From contig CAXXGI010000002.1 of assembly GCA_963674695.2 (NCBI GenBank), forward strand, positions 512,001-576,000: DNA of 64,000 nucleotides. Reading direction: 5' to 3'. Below, one piece after another: positions 53,168 to 59,990 of the stretch. Below the pieces are notes generated by a model. It had not been told where the DNA came from. It made no database searches and worked only from the letters and a program-made list of their open reading frames with translations. Origin of the DNA: a bacterium. GTDB lineage: Bacteria > UBA10199 > 2-02-FULL-44-16 > JAAZCA01. Numbering within the stretch: position 1 is the first letter of the stretch; each line of letters begins with the position of its first letter. Both the position numbers and the translations under genes were made by a program.

Positions 53168-53240
53168 ACGGTGAACGGTGAACGGCATAGTATATCATAT
53201 TTGCTGTTTACGGTTTACCGCTTACTGTTCACCGTTTACG
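53164..53240. repeat. Inverted heptamer element (GTGAACG)3 - AT-rich loop - degenerate (NGTTYAC)n containing the stop codons of both convergent genes
   Basis: The giant gene TGA (53165-53167) is in the first unit. The ybhB-like TGA (53229-53231) is in the inverted arm. Confidence 0.85.
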
Positions 53241-53756
53241 TCTATACGTTCCCATCATCTCTGTCTGCGCCAGAATGCGATCTTTCATCGCGTGTTTGAG
53301 CATTCCCTTGTTGGCTTTCTTGGGGAGTGCGAGCAGGCGATCGAGCGCATAGAGCTTGAAGTAGTAACGGTGTTTTCCGCCCGGCGGGCAGGGGCCGCTA
53401 TAGCCGTATTTGCGGGAATCGTTCAAGCCCTGCTCGCTTTCATCCGGAAGTTTTTCCGTCGGTGCGATCTTCTCGGCAAGCCCGGTTGCGGTTGCCGGGA
53501 TATTCCAGATGACCCAGTGCACCCAGACGCCCATCGGCGCGTCCGGATCGTCGGCGATGAGCGCAAAACTCTTTGTCTTTTTTGGCGCACCGCTCCAGGT
53601 AAACGCCGGCGAGATGTTTGCCCCGTCGCAGGTATACTGCGCCGGAATCGGCGCGCCGTTCGTAAATGCGGGGCTCGTGAGTTCCAAGGCCATGGCATCT
53701 CCTCCCATGATAGCGGTGATGAGAACGATCGTTGCGACGATAAGGGTCCGTTTCAT
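53229..53756 (-). CDS. YbhB/YbcL family (PEBP/Raf kinase inhibitor-like) protein, exported
   Basis: Signal peptide, YTCDGANISP, DDPDAP, WVHWVIWNIP, YSGPCPPGGKHRYYF. Confidence 0.95.
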   Translation of the reverse strand: MKRTLIVATIVLITAIMGGDAMALELTSPAFTNGAPIPAQYTCDGANISPAFTWSGAPKKTKSFALIADDPDAPMGVWVHWVIWNIPATATGLAEKIAPTEKLPDESEQGLNDSRKYGYSGPCPPGGKHRYYFKLYALDRLLALPKKANKGMLKHAMKDRILAQTEMMGTYRRKR

Positions 53757-53771
53757 AGATTCCCTCCGAGG

Positions 53772-54620
53772 TTAGGTTTTGAGCGTTTCAGCCAAATGTA
53801 CATATTCCTCGATCGTGAGCGTCTCCGGGCGGCGGCGGGGATCGATCTGGCACGCGGCCAGCGCTTCGTCGATCGCGTCTGCCGATGCCCCGAGCGAGCG
53901 GTTTCCCATCAGGGCATTGCGGATCGTCTTGCGACGTTTGCCGAAAGCGGCCTTCACCACGGTGCGAAACTGCGCTTCGTCGGCGATGCCGTCGTCTCCC
54001 GTTCGAAAATCGATGCATACGATACTCGAGGTGACCTCCGGCGGGGGGAGAAAACTCTTGGCAGAGACATCGAAGAGGCGACGGACATCCGCGTGTGCTT
54101 GCAGCAGCACTGAGGGGATGCCGTAATCCTTCGTGCCGGGGGAAGCGGCGAGACGCAGCGCCACCTCCTTCTGGACCATGATGATCGCTCGATCGATCAG
54201 CTGGCGTGCGTCGAGCATCCAAAAGATGATTGGCGAGGAGATGTTGTAGGGCAGATTGCCTAAGATCTTGAGACCGTGAACCGTGAACCGTGAACCGTGA
54301 ACGATAACCTTCAGATCGCATTTCAGGATGTCGGCATGTATCCAATCGATGTTGTCGCGGTCGCCGAATTCCTCCTGGGCGATGGCCAAAAGGGCTTCGT
54401 CGCGGTCGATGGCTATCACCCGTCGGGCCTGTTCCGCCGCGAGGCTCGTCATGAGTCCCAAACCGGGGCCGATCTCGACGACCGTATCGTCTTCGTTGAT
54501 TTCAAGCGCGTCGACGATCTTGCGCATCGTGGGCATCGGCGTCAGAAAGTTCTGCCCGAGGCGCTTTTTCGGGCGGATGCCGTGTTTCGCGAGCAGCGAT
54601 TGAATGGAGGGAAGTGACAT
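53772..54620 (-). CDS. rsmA: 16S rRNA m6,2A1518/1519 dimethyltransferase KsgA
   Basis: KKRLGQNFL, VEIGPGLG, GNLPYNISS, MVQKEVA, FLPPPEVTS, RRPETL. Confidence 0.97.
   Translation of the reverse strand: MSLPSIQSLLAKHGIRPKKRLGQNFLTPMPTMRKIVDALEINEDDTVVEIGPGLGLMTSLAAEQARRVIAIDRDEALLAIAQEEFGDRDNIDWIHADILKCDLKVIVHGSRFTVHGLKILGNLPYNISSPIIFWMLDARQLIDRAIIMVQKEVALRLAASPGTKDYGIPSVLLQAHADVRRLFDVSAKSFLPPPEVTSSIVCIDFRTGDDGIADEAQFRTVVKAAFGKRRKTIRNALMGNRSLGASADAIDEALAACQIDPRRRPETLTIEEYVHLAETLKT
54274..54302. repeat. (CCGTGAA)4 heptamer array inside the rsmA coding sequence
   Basis: Translates on the minus strand as VHGSRFTVHG, just before LKILGNLPY. It uses the same unit as the 61109 array. Confidence 0.92.
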
Positions 54621-54629
54621 AAGGACTCG

Positions 54630-54761
54630 TGGGCACCTCTAAAAACTCAACTATTGATGCCACCTCCCGGGGAAAATGGAGATCTTTTTTCCGATACCCC
54701 TGTAAAAAAGATCTCCATTTTTCCCTCGCGTTGGCACATCATAGGTTTTTAGAGGTGCCCA
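54630..54761. mobile_element. 132-bp MITE-like element with 17-bp perfect terminal inverted repeats
   Basis: TGGGCACCTCTAAAAAC (54630-54646) / GTTTTTAGAGGTGCCCA (54745-54761), plus an inner IR AAAATGGAGATCTTTTTT / AAAAAAGATCTCCATTTT. It is non-coding and lies between tsaD and rsmA. Confidence 0.72.
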
Positions 54762-54778
54762 TAAATCCATGGTCGGTA

Positions 54779-55804
54779 TTAAAGGCCGATTTCCTGATTG
54801 GCCGTCACCCCGAGCGTCAGGGGGCTGGTTTCGCCGCGCGCAAGGCGCAGCATTCCCACATGCGCAATCATTGCGGCGTTGTCGGTGCACAGCGCCATCG
54901 GCGGAATGACGGCACGGATGCCGGCGGCCTGGGCTTTGTCCGCAAGCCGTTGCCGCAGCTGCCGGTTTGCCGCGACGCCGCCGGCGAGCACCACCGTCTT
55001 CGCACCGTGCGCGGTGGCTGCTTCGATCACCTTGTCCACGAGAATGCGAACGACTGCCTCCTGAAAGCTGGCGGCGAGATCGCAGACGAAGGCCTCCTGC
55101 TCTCCCGGGTCGTTCGTCGTTGTTTGTGCCTGCTTCTTGTGGAGCAACAGGACGGCCGTCTTGATGCCGGAAAAGCTGAAGTCGAAGGGAGAAGCATCGC
55201 GAAATTTCGGCGGGGTGAAACGGAAGGCCAAAGGATTCCCGCGCTCAGCCGCGCGATCGATGGCCGGACCGCCCGGATATCCCAGACCCAGAAGCTTGGC
55301 TACCTTGTCGAACGCCTCGCCTGCGGCATCGTCGCGCGTGGCGCCGAGGAGTTGGTAGTCGCCAAATCCATGGACGAGATAGAGGCTCGTGTGTCCGCCG
55401 CTGACGACCAATCCCACATATGGTGCGACGATATCATCGCACTCGAGCGCGGCCGCATTCAAGTGCCCCTCGAGATGATTCACGCCGATGAGCGGGAGTC
55501 CTTGCGCGAACGCGATCCCCTTGGCCGCGGCCAGTCCCACGAGCAGCGAGCCGGCTAACCCCGGTGCATAGGTGACGGCGATGCCATCTAAGTCGGCGAA
55601 GGTCATCTGCGCATCGGCGAGTGCTCCTTCGATGACCGGAACGATGTTCTCGAGGTGACGGCGCGAGGCGAGCTCGGGCACGACGCCGCCGAAGCGTTCA
55701 TGCACGTCGTGCTGGGTGGCGATGATGGAGGAGCGGATTGTTCCGTTCTCGACGATGGCGGCGGCGGTTTCGTCGCACGATGATTCGATGCCGAGGATGC
55801 GCAT
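54779..55804 (-). CDS. tsaD: tRNA N6-threonylcarbamoyladenosine synthase subunit TsaD
   Basis: LGIESSCDET, GGVVPELASRRH, NHLEGH, VSGGHT, DDAAGEAFDK, FSFSGIKT, CTDNAAMI. Confidence 0.98.
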   Translation of the reverse strand: MRILGIESSCDETAAAIVENGTIRSSIIATQHDVHERFGGVVPELASRRHLENIVPVIEGALADAQMTFADLDGIAVTYAPGLAGSLLVGLAAAKGIAFAQGLPLIGVNHLEGHLNAAALECDDIVAPYVGLVVSGGHTSLYLVHGFGDYQLLGATRDDAAGEAFDKVAKLLGLGYPGGPAIDRAAERGNPLAFRFTPPKFRDASPFDFSFSGIKTAVLLLHKKQAQTTTNDPGEQEAFVCDLAASFQEAVVRILVDKVIEAATAHGAKTVVLAGGVAANRQLRQRLADKAQAAGIRAVIPPMALCTDNAAMIAHVGMLRLARGETSPLTLGVTANQEIGL

Positions 55805-56703
55805 CAGAACTCCCGATCCGGGATATAGGTAGAATCAGCGTCGGTCTTTTCTTCGGATTTCTTTTTCGATGCTCCATTCATGCGACCCTGGCGTTGCTGA
55901 ATGGTCTCCGTCGGATAGGAGGTCAGCCCCCCGGTGGCGCCAGCTGCGGTGGCTTCGCGATCCTTGATGCGTTCCAGTCGCACCTTGGCCTGATCAGCTG
56001 CGGCACTCGAGGGATATTCCTTGATCGCCTTCTCATAGAACGCCTTCGATTCTTCGGCCATCCCCAGTTCATAGAAGGAGTTTCCCTGCTTGAGCAGGGC
56101 GTCGCCTATCTTTGGGCTGCGGCGGTTGCCCTCGATGAAGGTTTGATATTCCTTGATCGCGCGTCGATAGTCGCGCACGCCATAGAAACATTCGGCGATC
56201 CAGAGCTGTGCGCTTCCCGCATGCTGGCTCTTCGGATATTTATTGCGAAAGCGTTGAAAGGTTGCGGCTGCCTCGAGGTATTTCGATTGGTTCACGAGGT
56301 CGAGCCCCTTTTGATAAAGGGCGATCTCGCTTGCTGCGGCCGGTGCCACCTTGCCCAAGGCCTTGGTCAACTGTGCGGAGAACATTTCGAGGCGTTCCTC
56401 GATCGATTGAATGCGGTGGTCGAGTTCCGTAATGACGCGCATGAGTTCGTCGCTCTGCTTTTGCAGGAGATGGGTGTTTCCCTTCACCTGACCCTTGAGC
56501 GTCGCGAAATCCTGTTGCACGCCTTCGGAGCGCGAAATGGTTGAGGCGACGCGCTGGTTGTTCTGCAGATAGGTCTTTTGGATTTCCTGGATACGATTTT
56601 CCAGTTCGCGAATACGCTTGGCCTCATCGGAGGCTGCGGGCGCAGGGCGAGCGCTCAACAGCAGGAGACTGGCGACGACGAGAAGGGTGAATACCTGTTT
56701 CAT
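55804..56703 (-). CDS. cpoB: Tol-Pal system TPR protein CpoB/YbgF
   Basis: Signal peptide, coiled coil, TPR region (YPKSQHAGSAQLWIAE, SPKIGDALLKQG); it follows pal. Confidence 0.88.
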   Translation of the reverse strand: MKQVFTLLVVASLLLLSARPAPAASDEAKRIRELENRIQEIQKTYLQNNQRVASTISRSEGVQQDFATLKGQVKGNTHLLQKQSDELMRVITELDHRIQSIEERLEMFSAQLTKALGKVAPAAASEIALYQKGLDLVNQSKYLEAAATFQRFRNKYPKSQHAGSAQLWIAECFYGVRDYRRAIKEYQTFIEGNRRSPKIGDALLKQGNSFYELGMAEESKAFYEKAIKEYPSSAAADQAKVRLERIKDREATAAGATGGLTSYPTETIQQRQGRMNGASKKKSEEKTDADSTYIPDREF

Positions 56704-56782
56704 GAATCCTCCGAAGGGGTCGGTTTGATCGGATCTTCCTCGAGTTCCCTCAGTACAGGGGGAGAATACTGAATTCCACTAT

Positions 56783-56821
56783 AAAACACAAAGACGCGCT
56801 CCTCCAGAGAAGGAGCGCGTC
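56783..56821 (-). terminator. Intrinsic terminator downstream of pal
   Basis: 11-bp stem GACGCGCTCCT/AGGAGCGCGTC followed by TTTGTGTTTT on the minus strand. Confidence 0.75.
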
Positions 56822-56858
56822 CCGATGTGTTCAATCATTTCCTGCGCCGTGCGGATGA

Positions 56859-57284
56859 TCAGCGAGCCACAAAGTCATCGCGGCGATTCTGCCACCAGCA
56901 GCTCTCGTTGTGCTGTGTGCACAGCGGGCGCTCCTTACCGTAGCTGATTGTGCTCAGGCGGCTGTCGGGAATGCCCAAGTTCATCATATAGCTCTTGGCC
57001 GACTTCGCACGACGATCACCCAGGGCGATGTTGTACTCGACCGAGCCGCGCTCGTCGCAATTGCCCTCGATGGTGACGGTGGTGCTTGCGTTGGCCTGCA
57101 TCCAGGCGGCATTTGCGCGCAGAACTGGCTCGTACTCGGCCTTGACGTTCGAGCGGTCAAAGTCGAAATGGACACGCTGCAGACCCGCGGCCGGCTTGGC
57201 GACCGGCTTTTTCTGCTGCTGTGCACACCCAAAAACCATGCCGGCACAAATGACCGCTACCACTGCTAACGACAGTCTCTTCAT
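56859..57284 (-). CDS. pal: Peptidoglycan-associated lipoprotein
   Basis: Lipobox VFGC, VHFDFD, IEGNCDERGSVEYNIALGDRRA, ISYGKERP, NRRDDF. The start was corrected to ATG 57284 (SD AAGGAGG). Confidence 0.96.
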   Translation of the reverse strand: MKRLSLAVVAVICAGMVFGCAQQQKKPVAKPAAGLQRVHFDFDRSNVKAEYEPVLRANAAWMQANASTTVTIEGNCDERGSVEYNIALGDRRAKSAKSYMMNLGIPDSRLSTISYGKERPLCTQHNESCWWQNRRDDFVAR

Positions 57285-57354
57285 GACTTCCCTCCTTGGA
57301 AAAGTTGAAATTCCTGAATGATATGAATGAGATCCTTCCCCCGTAGTATTTATA

Positions 57355-57383
57355 AGGTTACGGGAGCCCCCCCCAGTTGTCAA
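57355..57383 (-). promoter_or_regulatory. Putative sigma70 promoter of pal
   Basis: TTGACA-17 nt-TAACCT; the spacer contains G8. Confidence 0.6.
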
Positions 57384-57444
57384 GTCTGGATTGCATGTTT
57401 TATAGCTTCGCAGGCGGGTAGGGAGGCGTGAAACGAACGGGTTC

Positions 57445-57669
57445 TTAGCGATGCGAGCAGGTGCCGCCAGCACAGCAGCTTCCGGGCGTGGTGCAGCTCT
57501 CACACGCTTCGGGCGCCTTTGGCGACCCACCATGTGCGGCAAACGTCGAGAGGAGCTTGTGGAGCTCTGTGCTTCCGCAGGAGGGGCATTGTGGACCGGT
57601 ATCGCTCGTGCGCATCAGCAATTCGCAGCGTTTCCCGCAGCTGCGGCATTCATATTCATAGAGGGGCAT
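57445..57669 (-). CDS. FmdB family zinc-ribbon protein
   Basis: MPLYEYECRSCG..CPSCGS..KLLSTF. The start was corrected to ATG 57669. Confidence 0.9.
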   Translation of the reverse strand: MPLYEYECRSCGKRCELLMRTSDTGPQCPSCGSTELHKLLSTFAAHGGSPKAPEACESCTTPGSCCAGGTCSHR

Positions 57670-57842
57670 AGGGCGTCTCCTTGGCTCGCCATATGCGTCG
57701 TTTTGGGGGCGACTGTCAATTTGTTCGCAGCGATGAGGGGAGTGTTCTTGTAATGCGCTGAAATATATGGAGAAATATGGTGTATGCCGGGCGGGTGCGG
57801 CGATTCTTGCCACCGCATGCGGCATTCGCTAAGCTCTGCTCC

Positions 57843-58223
57843 ATGATCGAGAACCCCCGCATTGCCATCGCCGATCGCTCGCAGTTGGCCGCCAATATCT
57901 ATCAGCTGTTGCTCGTTCCATTTCAGCCGACGCTCGTCGTGCGCCGTCGCTTCGAGGAGTTGCGGCCACACTTCTTTCGGCGTGAGCGCGTGCACCTGGG
58001 GCTTTTTAACTCCAATACCTTTGGCAAGAAGTTCGATGAGATCCTCAAACACCTGACGGAGGATGAACCGCTGCGCCGCGTGAAGAAGGTCTTTCTCTGT
58101 CGAGCGAGCCACGCCGAGGACGAGTGGCGCGAACGTCTCGGTCGCTTGGCAAACAGTACCGTGATCACGCGGCCCTTTCATCCGGCGGAGTTGACACAGT
58201 TGCTGAAGCGGTTGTTGGGGTGA
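57843..58223 (+). CDS. Stand-alone atypical (pseudo-)receiver domain
   Basis: CheY-like pattern RIAIAD..., VHLGLFN (Asn at the phospho-Asp position), VFL, ITRPFHPAELTQLLKRLL. ATG 57843 is preferred. Confidence 0.65.
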   Translation: MIENPRIAIADRSQLAANIYQLLLVPFQPTLVVRRRFEELRPHFFRRERVHLGLFNSNTFGKKFDEILKHLTEDEPLRRVKKVFLCRASHAEDEWRERLGRLANSTVITRPFHPAELTQLLKRLLG

Positions 58224-58239
58224 GGGGTGAAGGAGCAAT

Positions 58240-58587
58240 ATGACGATGGCACCGCCGGAAAAACGCATCCATCAGCGTCGGCCCTATCGCACCGAGGTCG
58301 TCTTCGAGGACGAGTTCGGCGACGGTCTCTTCTATGTGCATTCCGAAGACGTGAGCGCGGGTGGGCTCTATCTCGCCGCCGACATTCCCGTGCGGATGGG
58401 GACGCTGCTCTTCCTCTCCTTTGTCTTGCCCGGTCACAAGCGTCCGCTGCGCGTCACGGGCGAGGTGGTGCGCTGCATTCCCGGTCAGGAGGATCGGCCG
58501 GCCGGCATGGGCGTGCGTTTTGTGGGGCTCTCGGAGCTGGCGTGCAAACGCCTCGATGAGTTCTTAGATCAGACCATAGACCATTGA
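58240..58587 (+). CDS. Single-domain PilZ protein (c-di-GMP receptor, Myxococcales-type)
   Basis: RIHQR (RxxxR), DVSAGG (DxSxGG), GEVVR, GMGVRF. Confidence 0.92.
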   Translation: MTMAPPEKRIHQRRPYRTEVVFEDEFGDGLFYVHSEDVSAGGLYLAADIPVRMGTLLFLSFVLPGHKRPLRVTGEVVRCIPGQEDRPAGMGVRFVGLSELACKRLDEFLDQTIDH

Positions 58588-58592
58588 CCATG
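58572..58592. repeat. (GACCATN)3 heptamer overlapping the PilZ stop codon
   Basis: GACCATA GACCATT GACCATG. Two more units at 58658-58671 overlap the stop of the convergent gene. Confidence 0.7.
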
Positions 58593-58600
58593 ATGTTGCC

Positions 58601-58628
58601 TGTCATTCCCGCGGAGGCGGGAATGACA
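58601..58628. repeat. Single-hairpin (collapsed) TGTCA REP
   Basis: TGTCATTCCCGC-GGAG-GCGGGAATGACA, a perfect 12-bp stem between convergent genes. Confidence 0.85.
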
Positions 58629-58666
58629 ACAATCCGCAAAATCGTTTTTTTCGAGCAGACCATCGA

Positions 58667-59422
58667 CTATTGATCGGGTCGCTCGACGTTTCCAAAAAAT
58701 TCCTTCCAGGGAAAGCGGTCGCCTTTGACGGGGGTCCAGAAAGGTTTTCCGGCGGTGCGCCAAGAGTCCACGGCGATTCCCGTCTCGAAGGGTTTCCCCT
58801 CGGCGGTGATGATCAGCGCGTTGTTCTCACGAAAATCTTTGGGCCAGGCTTCTCCCCAGTGGATATCGAACTGCTTCCAGTCCTTTGTGCCGAGCGCTTC
58901 TCGCAGGTCATCAACATAATGATAGCAGAACCCCTTTTTGCGAAATCCCGTATTGATGAGCACGTTGTGCACGAGTGCGGACACCGCGACGCGGTATTCC
59001 TGTGAGAGGGCGTAGATCGTTTCGATGATGATCTTGGCGATGGCGTCGGCTTCCGCCTGCACCGCAGCCGTCTGGTTGCTTTGGTGGAGGGCGATGAGGT
59101 CGCGCTTGAGGCGGGCGACGGTCTTCCAGAATGTCCGCTCGATGTCCAGTGTGCGCGAGGGGGCAACCGCCTTTCGCTCCTGGCGCGAGAGCCGGAGTCT
59201 TCGATTGTGTTCATAGGCTTGCAGTCGATAGGGGGCGAGCTGCACGGCGAGTTCTTCCCGGCGTTGGTCGAGTTCGTTCACGATCTCTTCCGTCGGTCGT
59301 TCGCGATCGGCGTCGGTGATCGCATAGGTCGGCAGCTGATAGGCCTGCACCGTTCCCGCGAGGCACAGGAGCACGGTCAGGGCGATCGCTCGGATCCAAA
59401 TCTGTCGGATTCGAAAGGGCAT
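58667..59422 (-). CDS. Exported conserved hypothetical protein
   Basis: Signal peptide (..GTVQA-YQ) and a C-terminal domain GFCYHY..ENNALII..GIAVDSWR. Confidence 0.75.
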   Translation of the reverse strand: MPFRIRQIWIRAIALTVLLCLAGTVQAYQLPTYAITDADRERPTEEIVNELDQRREELAVQLAPYRLQAYEHNRRLRLSRQERKAVAPSRTLDIERTFWKTVARLKRDLIALHQSNQTAAVQAEADAIAKIIIETIYALSQEYRVAVSALVHNVLINTGFRKKGFCYHYVDDLREALGTKDWKQFDIHWGEAWPKDFRENNALIITAEGKPFETGIAVDSWRTAGKPFWTPVKGDRFPWKEFFGNVERPDQ

Positions 59423-59869
59423 CTATCGGGTTGGCGTCCTGCGGACCAGGCGTTGCTCCAGGGCACTTACCCGTTTCTTGAGGGCCTCGAGTTCGGCTTG
59501 CACCGAGGGGATGCGCTGGATGTTGTCGACGGCGGGTCGGACCTTCTCATCCACGAAGCCACGCACCTGTTCGAACTCATGGGCGCCGCGGGTGAGTATG
59601 TCTTTGAGGGCTTCGCCGCCGCCCTGGATGATTTGACGAAAGGTTCCCAGCGGCAGGACGTTGGTCTTGCGCTTCTGTTCTTCGAAGATGATCTGCGCCA
59701 GCGTGACCGCGCTGAGGTCCTCTTTGGTCGTGTTATCGATGACCTGAATCTCCTCGCCCTGCTTGATCATCTCGCTGATGTCCTCGAGGGTGACGTAGCA
59801 GGAATCGGAGGTATCGTAGAGTTTGCGATTGGCGTAGCGTTTGATGACCTTCGGATGCTTCGTGCTCAT
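59423..59869 (-). CDS. PhaR-like polyhydroxyalkanoate synthesis regulator (PHB accumulation N-terminal DNA-binding domain)
   Basis: IKRYANRKLYDT..YVTLEDI..VIDNTTKEDLSAVTLAQII and a C-terminal coiled coil. Confidence 0.88.
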   Translation of the reverse strand: MSTKHPKVIKRYANRKLYDTSDSCYVTLEDISEMIKQGEEIQVIDNTTKEDLSAVTLAQIIFEEQKRKTNVLPLGTFRQIIQGGGEALKDILTRGAHEFEQVRGFVDEKVRPAVDNIQRIPSVQAELEALKKRVSALEQRLVRRTPTR

Positions 59870-59890
59870 AACTCCTCCTTAACCGAAATT

Positions 59891-59961
59891 TGTCATTCCC
59901 GCGAAAGCGGGAATCTCGCTTTGCACGGTACATCGAGATCCCCGCGTTCGCGGGGATGACA
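59891..59961. repeat. 71-bp TGTCA-tagged REP-like double hairpin, copy 4
   Basis: TGTCATTCCCGCGAAAGCGGGAATCTCG...CGAGATCCCCGCGTTCGCGGGGATGACA. Confidence 0.9.
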
Positions 59962-59990
59962 AAAAAAGGTTTACCATCAATCTCGTCTGG

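Noticed and set aside
24122-52192. Diversity-generating retroelement or assembly-collapse artefact behind the super-repeats
   Set aside because: There is no reverse transcriptase or TR/VR pair, and the modules are highly diverged at DNA level, so they are old duplications.
14741-53167. Giant ORF as NRPS/PKS, RTX/T1SS adhesin, RHS toxin or true cellulosome scaffoldin
   Set aside because: None of the signature motifs is present, and no CBM3 or glycoside hydrolase is recognisable here or nearby.
53165-53167. Selenocysteine or programmed readthrough at the giant gene's TGA
   Set aside because: No SECIS-like hairpin is recognisable; the downstream structure is the heptamer inverted repeat.
14839-53174. 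Hundreds of nested and antisense ORFs up to 795 aa inside the giant gene
   Set aside because: These are expected shadows of a high-GC3 coding strand, with no recognisable motifs.
53178-55558. Plus-strand ORFs of 311 and 309 aa
   Set aside because: They are antisense to the ybhB-like gene, rsmA and tsaD, and begin in repeat or MITE sequence.
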